Of a stretch of 64,000 nucleotides of DNA, positions 12,740 through 25,000 are shown in pieces. The notes under the pieces were generated by a model, which was not told the DNA's origin, did no database searches, and saw only the letters and a list, made by a program, of their open reading frames with translations. The translations under genes were made by a program, and so were the position numbers. Every line of letters begins with the position of its first letter. Within the stretch, counting starts at the first letter, position 1. The stretch is from Ruditapes philippinarum (lineage: Eukaryota). Location of the stretch: the NCBI RefSeq assembly GCF_026571515.1, contig NW_026854037.1:1-64000 (forward strand), given 5' to 3'.

Positions 12740-14820
12740 AACTTCAACAAGAACATAATGTACAAAATAAGTACTATGACAGACAGTCAAAACCTTTAAT
12801 TGACAACAGGTGATACAGTCAGAGTACATTTGACAAACAATGAAAAAAGGGACAGTAGTTGATAAACAGACTGACAAATCATATGTTGTAAGAAATAATG
12901 AACGGTGGTTATTTACGGCGCCGAAACAGAAATTCTTGCACCATAAAACGTAAAGATTCAGAAAATGACCCTGTTTACCCCTTGAAAATCTCCAGTGTTT
13001 AAATGATTCGGATAAACTGGTCAATTTTCCCACAAGTCGCCTCACAAAGTTCTGATAAAAGTTTACCAGTAGAAAAATCAGTTAATGTCTACACCACAAG
13101 GTCAGGCCAAACAAATACCTCAACAACCCTATGTGGCAAGTGTAAACTGTGATGAGATAAAGCAATTATTTATCAAAAATGTGTGAGAGTTCGGAAAAAC
13201 GAAAAGCATTCAAACAGTATAAAGTAAACTTGACCGATATTCTATTTTGAGAATGTATATATAATATGTATTTGATTTCATAATAAAAATGTAGACCCTT
13301 TATACGTTGTTAACATTTCATATTTAAATAACTGCGTGTCTTCTTAATAATTTCCTAATTTTATTGGTTATGATCTTTATAAGTAGAAATTGAAATAATT
13401 TTAGCGTTCATAATAATTCAATATTATTTTTGATATATTTCAAAAAAACAAGGAATGTAGAATTATGTAGCTTATAATTCACTTTATGTTTAACTATAGC
13501 AAGTCCCTATACTTCCGCATGATTCTCCTGTAACATGAATTCCCACCTAAATGTATGCAGCTCCAGCGCACTTGGAATTAGTAGATTAAACAGTCAAGAC
13601 ATGCTTTGTGTTAGTTGTTTATACAATGACCTGGATGTCATTAGAATATCATGGACTATTGTCTATACAAAGTACCAAATATTACATGGAGGCTTCCAGG
13701 TTGAGGGTAAAATGAGGTTAAAAACTAAGTTAAATGAAAATTTTAACAATTAAGGACCCACGGTCGCTCCTTACTGGGATTCTTCGGGATTCTTAATTGT
13801 TAAAATTTCATTCAATTAACACTAACATATAAGTTATGAATTTTATTCATCAAAACACACTTCATCAAAATGTTACATACATTTGACGATTTTTAAAAAA
13901 AATCTTGATCTTCTATTTGTGTTCAGTTTGCATTATTTTCAAATGATTAAATACAAATTTAGGAGTTACCTCGGTATTTAAATGAACAAAGAGACCATCA
14001 TAATTAGCCACTACATTCTGCGTAGTACTATATTTATTACTTAGTTATATGATATCTTATTACAACCCATGACTGTTCCTTATACAAATTTAAAATTAAC
14101 CGATCAATTGAATGGCATTGTATAGTAAGGTTTAACGCAAAACACGAAATATGTTTTTGTTAAACTATGAAAAGAAATACCATTTAGATTCGACTGTTTT
14201 GAATATGATATACACAATCCGGACTTGCACAGTCAAACGATTATCTTTATGGTATTGAAGTTTAAATGCTTAAATTACTTTAAAAAAAATCTGGTAATGT
14301 TCAAAGTGATTCATCGGAAGCATTAATCACAACAAAATTACGCGAAATTTGCAGATTCGGTTTGAAACCGCACTATTGATTAAAAATGCAAAGTCTTCAT
14401 GATAATTCTATAAATAATTTCGGAAATAACCCCCCAAAAATCTGTCTTTATTTAAAAGACTTCAGTGATTTAGTGATATTTTTTTTGACAGAAAGTATAC
14501 ATTTTGTTAGCCACCGTTTCTGAGAGTTACCAAATCAACTTAATATACATAAATGTATCATCATAATTTATCATAAATGGCAGAAAAATTTATGAAAACT
14601 TAACCACATTAAATCGGGGTACTTAGAGCGGTTTATTCACAGTGATACATTTAAATTGACAGGTAAATGAGATAACCCAACAGGAAATCAAAACACACAT
14701 ATTTTTAGTAACTAGCCGCCATTTAAACGTGACGATAATTTATAAAATGTGAATGTTTTGTAAATAACTTTAAAATTGGGAAATAAAAGAGACTTAAGTA
14801 GACAATAATGATTTGTGTAG

Positions 14821-14888
14821 GTTTTGTTTTACAATGGCTTCTTATTTAAAGATATTGAGGTTTTCATGGTGGTTTTACAGTTTTACAG
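14821..14888 (+). other. Possible non-coding 5' UTR exon of the HEPN-Roc gene (start position uncertain)
   Basis: Strong donor CAG|GTAAGA at 14888/9. A strong acceptor TTTTTTTTCAG at 15615 lies upstream of the ATG at 15699. Confidence 0.4.
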
Positions 14889-15698
14889 GTAAGATATGAT
14901 AAACTTTACGCATGAAATCACATGACATGATAGTGTTTTTATTCATATACTTTCAAAATATCTAATGTGTATATTCATAAAATTATTTCAATTTCCTGGT
15001 TAGGAATTCACTGTAAAAATTTAAAATCATCAAGTATAATTATGGTCATTTAATGTTATCGGGTTACTTGTTGTTGTTTTGTTTTGGCCATACTTTTCAT
15101 TTTTTCGTCCTTGAATATTTTACCAATTTTACTTTAATTTAACATGCTCCGATAAGTTAAATTTTTGACATGCTCCGATAAGTTAAATTTCGGTCGATTT
15201 AAAATATGAAAAGATAATTAAAAATAGATACAAGATCTGGAAAATGCAATGCAATCTGTTATTTCGTTCCAGTGTGTTCCTGTATTATTTGAAAATTAAA
15301 AAAAAATGTTGTATAGTGTTAAATACTCACATCGCAATCGTGAGTTCGTCAAACTCCTTTTTATTGGTCCAGAGCATAACTGATTATATATCTCACGATT
15401 AAATGGTCGATTTTGTGTTAGTCAAATCTTTTTTTCCGTTTGAAAATTCAAAGACTACTCGAGGTAGTCTCAAAGTCACTGTTGTTCGTATCCTTGAAAA
15501 GAAATGTTCGAGATTTGTTCTTAATGTCTAATAAATATTGTAAGCAACAATGACAAATATCTAATTTGACATATTTCAGCAATAAGATAATTTTTCGTAT
15601 TTAATTTTTTTTCAGAACTTTTGGTGATGGGGAATGTATATCAGACACTTATTTGTCTTACAATGCAATTTGATGATTTCTAATTCATCTTGTGTGAA

Positions 15699-16310
15699 AT
15701 GTCTGAAGAGAGAACGTATTACATTAGAACTAGTGTTATGTACACAGACCTGACAAGAGAGTTGTTATGTAAAGTGTTCAAATATTTGATAAAAAGTGAT
15801 GACATCACAGACTTTCTCTCATCTCCAGAGCAGCAAAATATATTAAGGGATCTATTTCAAAAAAATGTCATAAACAGGTATGACTATGATCTGGTTCATG
15901 GTCAAGGTTTAAATCTAGAGAGATTCGATATTTCACTTTTGCTAAGACTTATACTAAATTTGTGTAAAGATAATATATCAAAACCACAGCGCGGTTGGCA
16001 AAATAAACCACACCCGAAAGACGAAAGTCTTGGTGCTGATCTTCTTCGATTGATAGATGTCAGAAACAAGATAATAGGTCATCGAGCGGATGCTAAATTG
16101 TCGAAGGCAGAATTTGAAAAGACTTGGGCAAAAATCAGAGGTATTTTGTTGAGAGTGGTTGAACTTGTTGACTCGACGGCTAGTGAAAACTGTGAACGAA
16201 GAATAAATGAATACAGACGACTAAATGTAGATACAGAGAATGCTGCAGTTAAGAGGTTACTGGATGAGTTGCTTAAATACAAAAAAGAATTTGATTACCT
16301 TCAAGAAAAG
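15699..16310 (+). CDS. Coding exon 1: DZIP3/hRUL138-like HEPN domain
   Basis: MSEERTYY...FDISLLLRLILNLC..PQRGW..PHPKDESLGADLLRL..RNKIIGH..LSKAEFEKTW fits the DZIP3-type HEPN pattern, with Rx5H at 16062-16082. Donor AAG|GTCAAT, phase 0. Confidence 0.88.
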
Positions 16311-16775
16311 GTCAATGCTTTTAAATTACGTTTTATTTCAGCAGTTACATATGTCTATCTCAAATATTCCAGTATTAAACATATAAATTCATTACAGTCG
16401 AATTTATTTTAATCCAAAATTAGCACTTATCAATTTTTATATATTTTTATGTAAGTCTAACATTGGGAGATAAACTTGTAGTCATATTTTCATACCCGTT
16501 ACTATACTTCTGATAGGCCTGCTAGCAACTGTTACACAAGTTAAGCACAATATCTTCAATCCGATAATCGTAGTTATGTGCTTAAGTACCTTCTATTTCA
16601 GGTTGAAGAATTGAGTAGAACATCAAAGGGTTAGTAGTATTTATAATTGTATTGTTGTGTTCATCTTATTACTATTTTCTTGCTGTTGTATAAAATAATA
16701 TTGACATGTACCATTTCTGTATTCATGTACTTAAAACTTTAAAGGTCTTTCATTTTTTCAATATCACAGGCTAAT

Positions 16776-16867
<92 letters not shown>

Positions 16868-19800
16868 TGAAATGATTAAGATTGATTGACATGTTATTGT
16901 AGAGTTTCAGGTTTTTTTCCAAAAAAACCCCGAGAGATTTGTACGTTTCATAAAACTTTTGTTCAACGGAGGGCGTATCGTGTTATGTGGAATACTGGAG
17001 AAGAAGTTGGGTGACCAAGACCTATCAAAATTTCTTGAAAAAAAGAAGGGAACGCTGACAAGAAATATTGGAGAGAAATTTTCCAGTTACCTATACCCAC
17101 ACGAGTCTTGTTCAGATTATAAAAACTGGGATATTTTTCTTCTGGCATCAGTTTTGCTGCTCACGTTTGATGATGACCTAAGTCAAAAGGAGATCATGTG
17201 TATCGGGCTAATAAAAAGTGCAAGGGTAAATTATGCTTCACTTGCCTTGCAGTCTCTAGATGCAGATGCCTTTCTGATCAGTTGGACTGACCTTATCATT
17301 TGCCTAAAACATCTTTCATTCAACATTGCTGAAGACGACAGACAACAAGTTGAACATCTTATTGAACTTTATAAGAAAAAAGGCGAAGCAGGATGTGACG
17401 TTGAGGAGTATTTTAAACAGCTAAGAGAATCTGGTGTTGAAGTGAAAACTTTAAACGATGTCTACAACGGTACATTTATTTATTTCTAAGAACGCATGTA
17501 TTGCTAGGTAACTAAGTATTTAAAAATAACAGCGAACACATTTATCTGCAATGTTTCTTAAACATTTATTTTATTAATGTGTGATAAATTTACAACGTTT
17601 TGTGAAAGTATATAATTACAATCCTTCTTTTTCCATAGAAACAATAACGGAATTGAGCGATATGCTGAACCAGTTGAGCCAAAAAGCTATCAAGTTTCAA
17701 CAAGAATATGGTAAGTATATAATCGATTAAGTGAAATAAGACATTAGATAAAAATTTAACAATGTCTGCAATTTTTATACATAATACGATTCCAATAATA
17801 GTGTTTTACAACACACATGTACATACATGTATATCATCGCAGTTCAGTTTTTCTTCTGTTTCCTTTCAGTTTTAAAATTTAAACTGCTGACAACATGTGA
17901 AAATGAAGAAATTAAGAAAAGAGCGGAGGACATACTCGAGATCAACACGCAAATACAAAAATCAGACCAACCGTCAGGTTCTCAAAGGAAAGAAATAGAC
18001 AAAGTACTAGCTTTCATTGCCACACATCCTGATGTACAACTTGTTGAAGCCTCCATACAAAATTTAGATCAACCGTCGAGGATTTCAACGATGAAATATA
18101 AATGTAAGTACAAATATATAAAACCATATTACACACATCGATTTATAGTCTGTTAAAGGAACTCATCAGAGGCCCATGATGCTTAAACATAATATTTGAA
18201 AAGCTTACATAGACCAATTGGTGCACTTTAAACAGGAAGATATGCAAAAGATAAACAGAAAAGACTCAGGAATTAATTGAAAATCGTATTTTGTGCTATT
18301 CTTACCCCGATTTGAGTGAAAAGCGTTGGAAGTCTTTTTTCAGTTTTGGGTCATTTTTTCACAATCAGAATAATTATTCTGAAAAAACGGAGTGAGTGAA
18401 TGATTTGCAATTTTGCACATAAAACATTAATGTAGACCTACATCTAGCCTGTGATTCGGGCGTTGATAGTTTTTGCTTATTTATAACATTTTCTTTGCTT
18501 ATAAGTTATTCATAACAGATGCGCTATTCCGTATTCGTTCGTGGTTTTGACAGTGTCGATTTGCAAAACCGAAGTACATAAAAAATCGACAGACTGGAAC
18601 CCAGGCTACTATAAGCGCAAAGTGTGCAAGAAGCCACCGCAACCTAATCTAAGTGGCCTTAGGCGTGTTGCGTTCGTTTTAAGTTGTGCTGAAATTTTGT
18701 TTAAAATTGCGAATTAAATGTTATTTTCTCCTACATTTATTTGTAGAATACGATACAAACAAAGATTGCCAATTAGGAATTTGCTGAAGTGTTTTGTAAT
18801 GTTATTATTATTTAGCTTTGATTTATATTTAATTGCAAGACGATCACGTGCTTTTAAACGTCTTTTTAAATGGCTATAACTACATGTATTCGTAACTACA
18901 TGTATATGTAACACATATGTGTCACAAAAGCTTCGCTCAAGCTTCGCTTTTACTTTTTGTGAGAAAGCTATCCAGCTACTTTACGGCCGTGAAACATCGG
19001 AGGTTCTACTCAGGTGCCCATTCGTAACTTTAATAACGCATTGCAGAGTACTTGACGTCTTCCTCCATCAGTTAAACAGAAAAGTCGCAGTATGACCTTT
19101 ACTGTGTCGGTTTGACGTAGAACCCAATTAAAAAAATCAGACAAATGCTTCACTTTCTCGCTTTTCCTGCTAGTTAACATTGTGAGTAACATGCCATTAA
19201 TTTAGATTATATATTGTTCTCGAAAAGAATTTACTTTGATTCGTAAGTCAAATGTAGGTGATCTTTATACAGACTTTGTCGTAAGATTATTCCATTAGTG
19301 TTGTCTACAACCTTTAATCATTATAAAAGCTTTTCCAATTGTATTATCGATGGAAATCCTAGAATAAGATTTCATCCGCAATTGCAAGCTTTAAGTTTTT
19401 AACAGAACAAAAAACCTCTTTATCTGTAATTTCGAAACTTATTAATAAGTGGTTACTGTTTAAATATAGCTCACCTTAATGGTAAGTGTTATTCTAAGAC
19501 ACACTGAAGTGGTAACATTTATAATACAGCATATTTTTGTGGTTATTGTTTTCATACAACATACTTTAGTTGTCACTGTTTTCATACAACACACTTAAGT
19601 GGTTATCGTTTTCATACAGCATACTTCAGTGGTTACTATTTTCATACAGCCCTATTTAGTTGTTACTGTTTTCCTACAGCAAACTTTAGTGGTTACTGTT
19701 TTTATACAGGACACTTTAGAGGTTACTGTTTTCATGCTACACACTTCAGTGATAACTCTTTTCTTACAGCACACTTGAGTGGTTATTGTTTCCATACAGC

Positions 19801-22800
19801 ACACTTTATTGGCCAATGTTTTATACAACATACTTTTCTGGTTACTGTTTCAATACAACACACTTGAGTGGCTACTATTTTCATACAGCGTACCTTATGG
19901 TTACTGTTATATGAAAACAATAAGGACAAGTTGTTACTTTTTCATGCTTCACGCTTGAGTGATTACTCTTTTCGTACAGCACAATTGAGTGATTACTGTT
20001 TTCATACAACAGACTTTATTAGTTAAAGTTTTCATACAAAACACTTAAGTTGTTACTGTTTTCATACAACACACTTAAGTGGTTATTTTTTTCATATAGC
20101 ACATTTTTTCATACAGCACACTTTAATTGTTACTTTTTTTAATACAACACGTTTGAGTGGTTACTGTTTTCATACTGCACACTTGTGTGGTTACTGTTTC
20201 CACACAGCACACTTTAGTGGTTACTGTTTTTAATACAACACACTTCGCTGGTTGCTGTTTTCATACTGCACACTGTAGTGGTTATTGTCTTCATGCAGCA
20301 CACTTAAGTAGTTACTATTTTCATACATCACACTCGAGTGTTTACTGTTTTCATACAACACTTTAGTGGTTACTGTTTTCATACAACACACTTTAGTTGT
20401 AAACAGTACTGATTTCATACAGCGCACTTAAGTGGTTATTGTTTTCAAACAACACACTTGAGTGGTTATTGTTTTCATACAGCACATTTTAGTGGTTATT
20501 GATTTCGTACAGCACATTTCAGTGGTTACAGTTTTCTCACACCACGTTAATGGTTACTGTTTTCAAACTGCACACTGTAGTGGCTTTTGTCTTCATACAA
20601 CACACTTTAGTGGTTACTCATTGTCAGGAGAAATGACTGCCTTGATGTTATTAAATCTAAGGAAAGATTCAGTAATAAATATTGGAACCAATTTCCAAGA
20701 TATGGGGGCTGGCCAGCACCGCCTGACATAAAATTGAAATATTCTCAGTGGGAAAACTAGCATGTAATTGTTTAGTTAATACTATTTTTTAGGTATTTTT
20801 ATCTTTTCTATCTCAAATCAATATAAACATTTAAACAACAAACTCTGATCATTATTTACACCCAAAACAAACACACATCATTAATCAGCCACTTATACGA
20901 AATATCTTTTCACGTATACGTCTTTTATACAGTAACACAAATATGAATATTTTTACAACTGTAAGATACAGTATAAACCACAAACATTCATCCAACAATA
21001 TTAACTTCACACAATATAATCAGCATCAGAAAACAACTTAAACTAAAGCACCCAATATTTACATATATCCTCAAAACAAAGCCTCAACTAATATAATCTT
21101 GACCAGACAAACATTTAACCAATATCAACCAATTATATCTTCACAAACAGATATAACTCAACAACCAAAACAACTAATTACAACCAATAAACCCTGATCA
21201 CCACAATTATATTCAACCACTTCAACAAACCAACAAAACTCCCTTCAAAACAACAAAATTCTCTTCACAATAAAAAAATAACCGCTACACACTATCAGCG
21301 TGTCTCTCCACACCTATTCAAGTTATTTAGATAAGCTAAATAAATTGGCCTTTCAACATTTTTTCAGGCACAATTTTTACTGAAATGTCTCATTAAGATA
21401 GCCCAGAATTTATACCTTTGTCTTTGCAAGACTATCATGTTTCTGTAAAATATGTGAAAAAAAGCGGGAAAATGATGCATTTAGCTAAAACACAATGGAG
21501 TAAATGAAATGCGTTCATTCTTTTTTAAAATTGAAAAAATGTGACAAAAATTTATTTGATGCAAATTCTTTATTCGATGAAAGTTATTCACTAAATGAAC
21601 AAGATCATTTTTAAATCCATTTTGACTCTACTTGAAAAAGAGCTCTTTTTCATTTTTTTTACAATGTATTTATTTATTTTTTTTTTGCCCTTCTGTGTAT
21701 CAGCGTATTGATTTGTTCCTTTGACCAAGACATTGTAATCATTTACTGAAATTCAAAGGGCATGTACACTGAATCAACAACAAAAAGTCAGAAAATAATA
21801 AAAATAACAGCACTATCAAACCTTCGGGCACATGTTTTGTGTCAAACTGGTGTTATCAGTGTCTTGGCAGCCAAAAACTTGTAGAAAAATAGAACGTGTT
21901 CTAACTTTCTTGCAAGGAATTATCTTCTTGGATGTCACATAATTTCTTTTTAAAACTCATTCAAGTAGGGTGTCTACACTATTCAATACAAGAGAATATG
22001 ATACTTGCATTCAAGACTTGGATAGGTGTAGACGGGCCCTAACTGAAGTAAAATCTCTCTCAAAACGTGCATATTTGCTAGCTTAAACGATATGACCTTT
22101 ACACATGTATACATACAGCGAACCCTGATATTTACACTCTATTTAAAACAATGTATCACTGTAAAGAAATATTAACTCGTTGTTTCATCTACAGCAATAT
22201 TTATCACTGTAGGGAAATATTAACTCGTTGTAAGATACAGATCTACATATAAACTTCATGATTATTCTGACACCCATTTCATACAGTACACTTGCGGGGT
22301 TAAAGTTTTCATACAACACACTAAAGTGGTGACTGTTTTCATACAGCACACTTTAGTGATTATTATTTTCATACAGCATATTTTAGTGGTTATTGTTTTC
22401 ATACAGCACACTTCAGTGGTTACTGTTTTCTCACACCACGTTAATGGTTACTGTTTTCAAACAGCACACTAAAGCTGTGACTGTTTTACTACAGCACACT
22501 TTTTTGGATACTTTTTTTATACGACACATTTTTGTGGTTAATACTTTCTATACAACACACATTAGTGATTATTTTTTGCTACACACTTGAGTGATAACTC
22601 TGCAGCACATTTTTCATTCAGCACACTTTAGTGGTTACTGTTATCATACAACACACCACATTGGTTACTGTTTTGATACTGCACACTGTAGAGGTTATGT
22701 TCTCCATGCAGCACACTTACGTGGTTACTGTTTTCATACAGCATACTTCAGTGGTTATAGTTTTCATGCAGCAATCTTAAATATTCACTGTGGTCTTAAA

Positions 22801-24948
22801 ACACTTTTAAGTGGTTACTATTTTCATACATCATACTTTTATGGTTACCGTTTTCATACAACACACGTGAGTGGTTACTGTTTTTATACAACACTCTTTA
22901 GTGGTGACTGTTTTCCTGCAGCACACTTAAGTGGTTACTGTTTTCATAGGGGACACTTTAGTTGTCACTCTTTTCATACAACACACTTAAGTGGTTACTT
23001 TTTTCATACATTACACTTGAGGGGTTACTCTTTTAATACAGCACACTTTAGTGGTTACTGTTCTCATACAAGAAACTTGAGTGGAAAGTGTTTCCATACA
23101 GCATACTTTAGTAGTTACTGATTTCATACAACACACTTTAGTTGTAACTGTTTTCATACAACCCTCTTAATAGGTAAATGTTTTCAAACAACACACTAAA
23201 TAGGTTACATTTTTCATACAGTACACTTGAGTTGTAATTGTTTTCATACAATACACTTTAGTGGTAACTGTTTTCATACAACACATTTAAATGCTTATTA
23301 TTTCATACAACACACTTAAGAGTTAACTGTCTTCACACTGCACACTTTATTGGTTACTGTTTCCATACAGCATACTTAAGTGGTTACTGTTTTCATACAA
23401 AACACTTGAGTTGTTACTGTTTTCATACAACACACTTAAGTGGTTATTGTTTACATAAAGCACATTTTTTAAGTTAGTATTTTCTTACAGCACATTTTAG
23501 TTGTTCCTTTTTTAATACAGAACACTTTAGTGGTTATTGTTATCATACAACACACTTAAGTGTTTACTGTTTTCATCCAACACAATTAAATAGTACTTGT
23601 TTTCATACAACACACTTTCGTGGTTATTGTTTTCGTACAACACACTTAAGTGGTTACATTATTCATACAACAAACTTGAGTGGTAACTATTTTCATATAG
23701 AACACTTCAGTAGTTACTGTTTTCAGACAGCACACTTTAATGGCTACTGTTTTCTCACACTACAGTTTAGTAGTTATTGTTTTCATACAGCACACTTAAG
23801 TTGTTACAGTTGTTATACAGCACACTTGAGTGATTATGTTTTCATACAGCACACTAAATAATTATGTAACTGTATTCATACAGTATTCTTCAGGGTTTTT
23901 TCCATACTGTACACTTTAGTGGTAACTGTTTTCATACATCACACTTTAGAGTTAACTGTCATCATACTGCATACTTTAGTAGTTATTATTTTCATATAGC
24001 ACACTTTATTGGTTATTGTTTTCATACAACAGACATTAGTATACTTTGGACCGCATTTAAGGAGACACAGGCAAAATGTCTTACTTTTTAATTTTCATTC
24101 ATTTCTCCGTAAATGTCCTCAAAATGAATACATAAGACAGTCAAAAGGATCAAATTTTTCTCCATATAAAGAATAAAATGGTGATTTTCTAACTTGACCC
24201 GCGTGGATCAGGTGAGATCGATTAGAGTGAAGTCTGGAAACGTTAAAGAACATGTCAAATGAATGACATAGACTTGTTTCAATCATACAATATCCACACT
24301 ATCTGTTATTGTAACTAAAAGGGTTTGTTTAAGTCACATGACTTGTTTACAAACTATTTGGTGATTGTGTTTGCGTTTAAATTTCGTTCAACTAATATAG
24401 GTATATATTTACGATCCAAACTATATCGAATTTATACCAACATACATGCTGGGACTTAAAGGAATGTCATTTTAGCGTGGTTTGACTTAATAAGATCATT
24501 TTAATATTTTTGTCATTATTTGCCAGAATATCCCTTTATAATTAAGATTTGTTTGTGATTGAAGTATTTACACATTTTAATCAGAAAAATCTTTTTCACT
24601 GTAACTTTTTTATTTCTTAAGGTATTTACTTCAAAATTGAATTATTTGCTTCTGATCATCAACCACATCATATGTGACAAGGTTCACAAATAGGGCAACA
24701 GAATTGTTAGAACTTACCCCTCCCGCTTGAAATTAGAGCTGTCATGAAACAATTCTTTTATGACTTCTTTATTCTTAATTATCTACTTCAAACTTCGCAT
24801 AATTATATGTTTCGTATCATCACCCACAACATATATGTGGCAAGGTTCATAATTCAATCACCTATATTTCAGAATTATCTTCCTTTGTCTTAGAAATTTC
24901 AAGAAAAAAAGTTGTTTGCTTGTTATCATTTCTTTCTTTCTTTCTTTT

Positions 24949-25000
<52 letters not shown>

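Larger units (their letters stand above)
9577..13651 (+). mobile_element. Decayed Ty3/Gypsy LTR retrotransposon (pol order PR-RT-RNaseH-IN; gag not seen)
   Basis: Protease (Y/D)TGSQVNIMP at ~9882. RT motifs LRVCLDPKALN, FSVLDATSGYW and IVDDILVYG (~10878). RNaseH DASE..LGSVL and SDHKP. Integrase HVGH..CDIC, PWQVVGTD, SDN and SNGLVE. The 3' LTR TGTAGAATTATGTA starts at 13456 after a purine-rich tract, and the same start occurs at 9577. Many stops and frameshifts. Confidence 0.92.

Noticed and set aside
14320-14365. ~46-bp match to ~55744-55789 as a paired regulatory element bracketing the gene
   Set aside because: More simply explained as fragments of a dispersed repeat, with no further evidence of function.
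22591-23121. 176-aa His/Cys-rich repeat ORF (GYCFHTAHLS)n, plus ORFs at 20157, 20462, 22393 and 23676
   Set aside because: These are translations of the 30-bp minisatellite. The unit length is a multiple of 3, so frames stay open by chance. There is no ATG start or splice support, and indels are frequent along the array.
19445-24040. CRISPR-like array of ~30-bp repeats
   Set aside because: The units are head-to-tail with no unique spacers, the context is a eukaryotic intron, and there are no cas genes.
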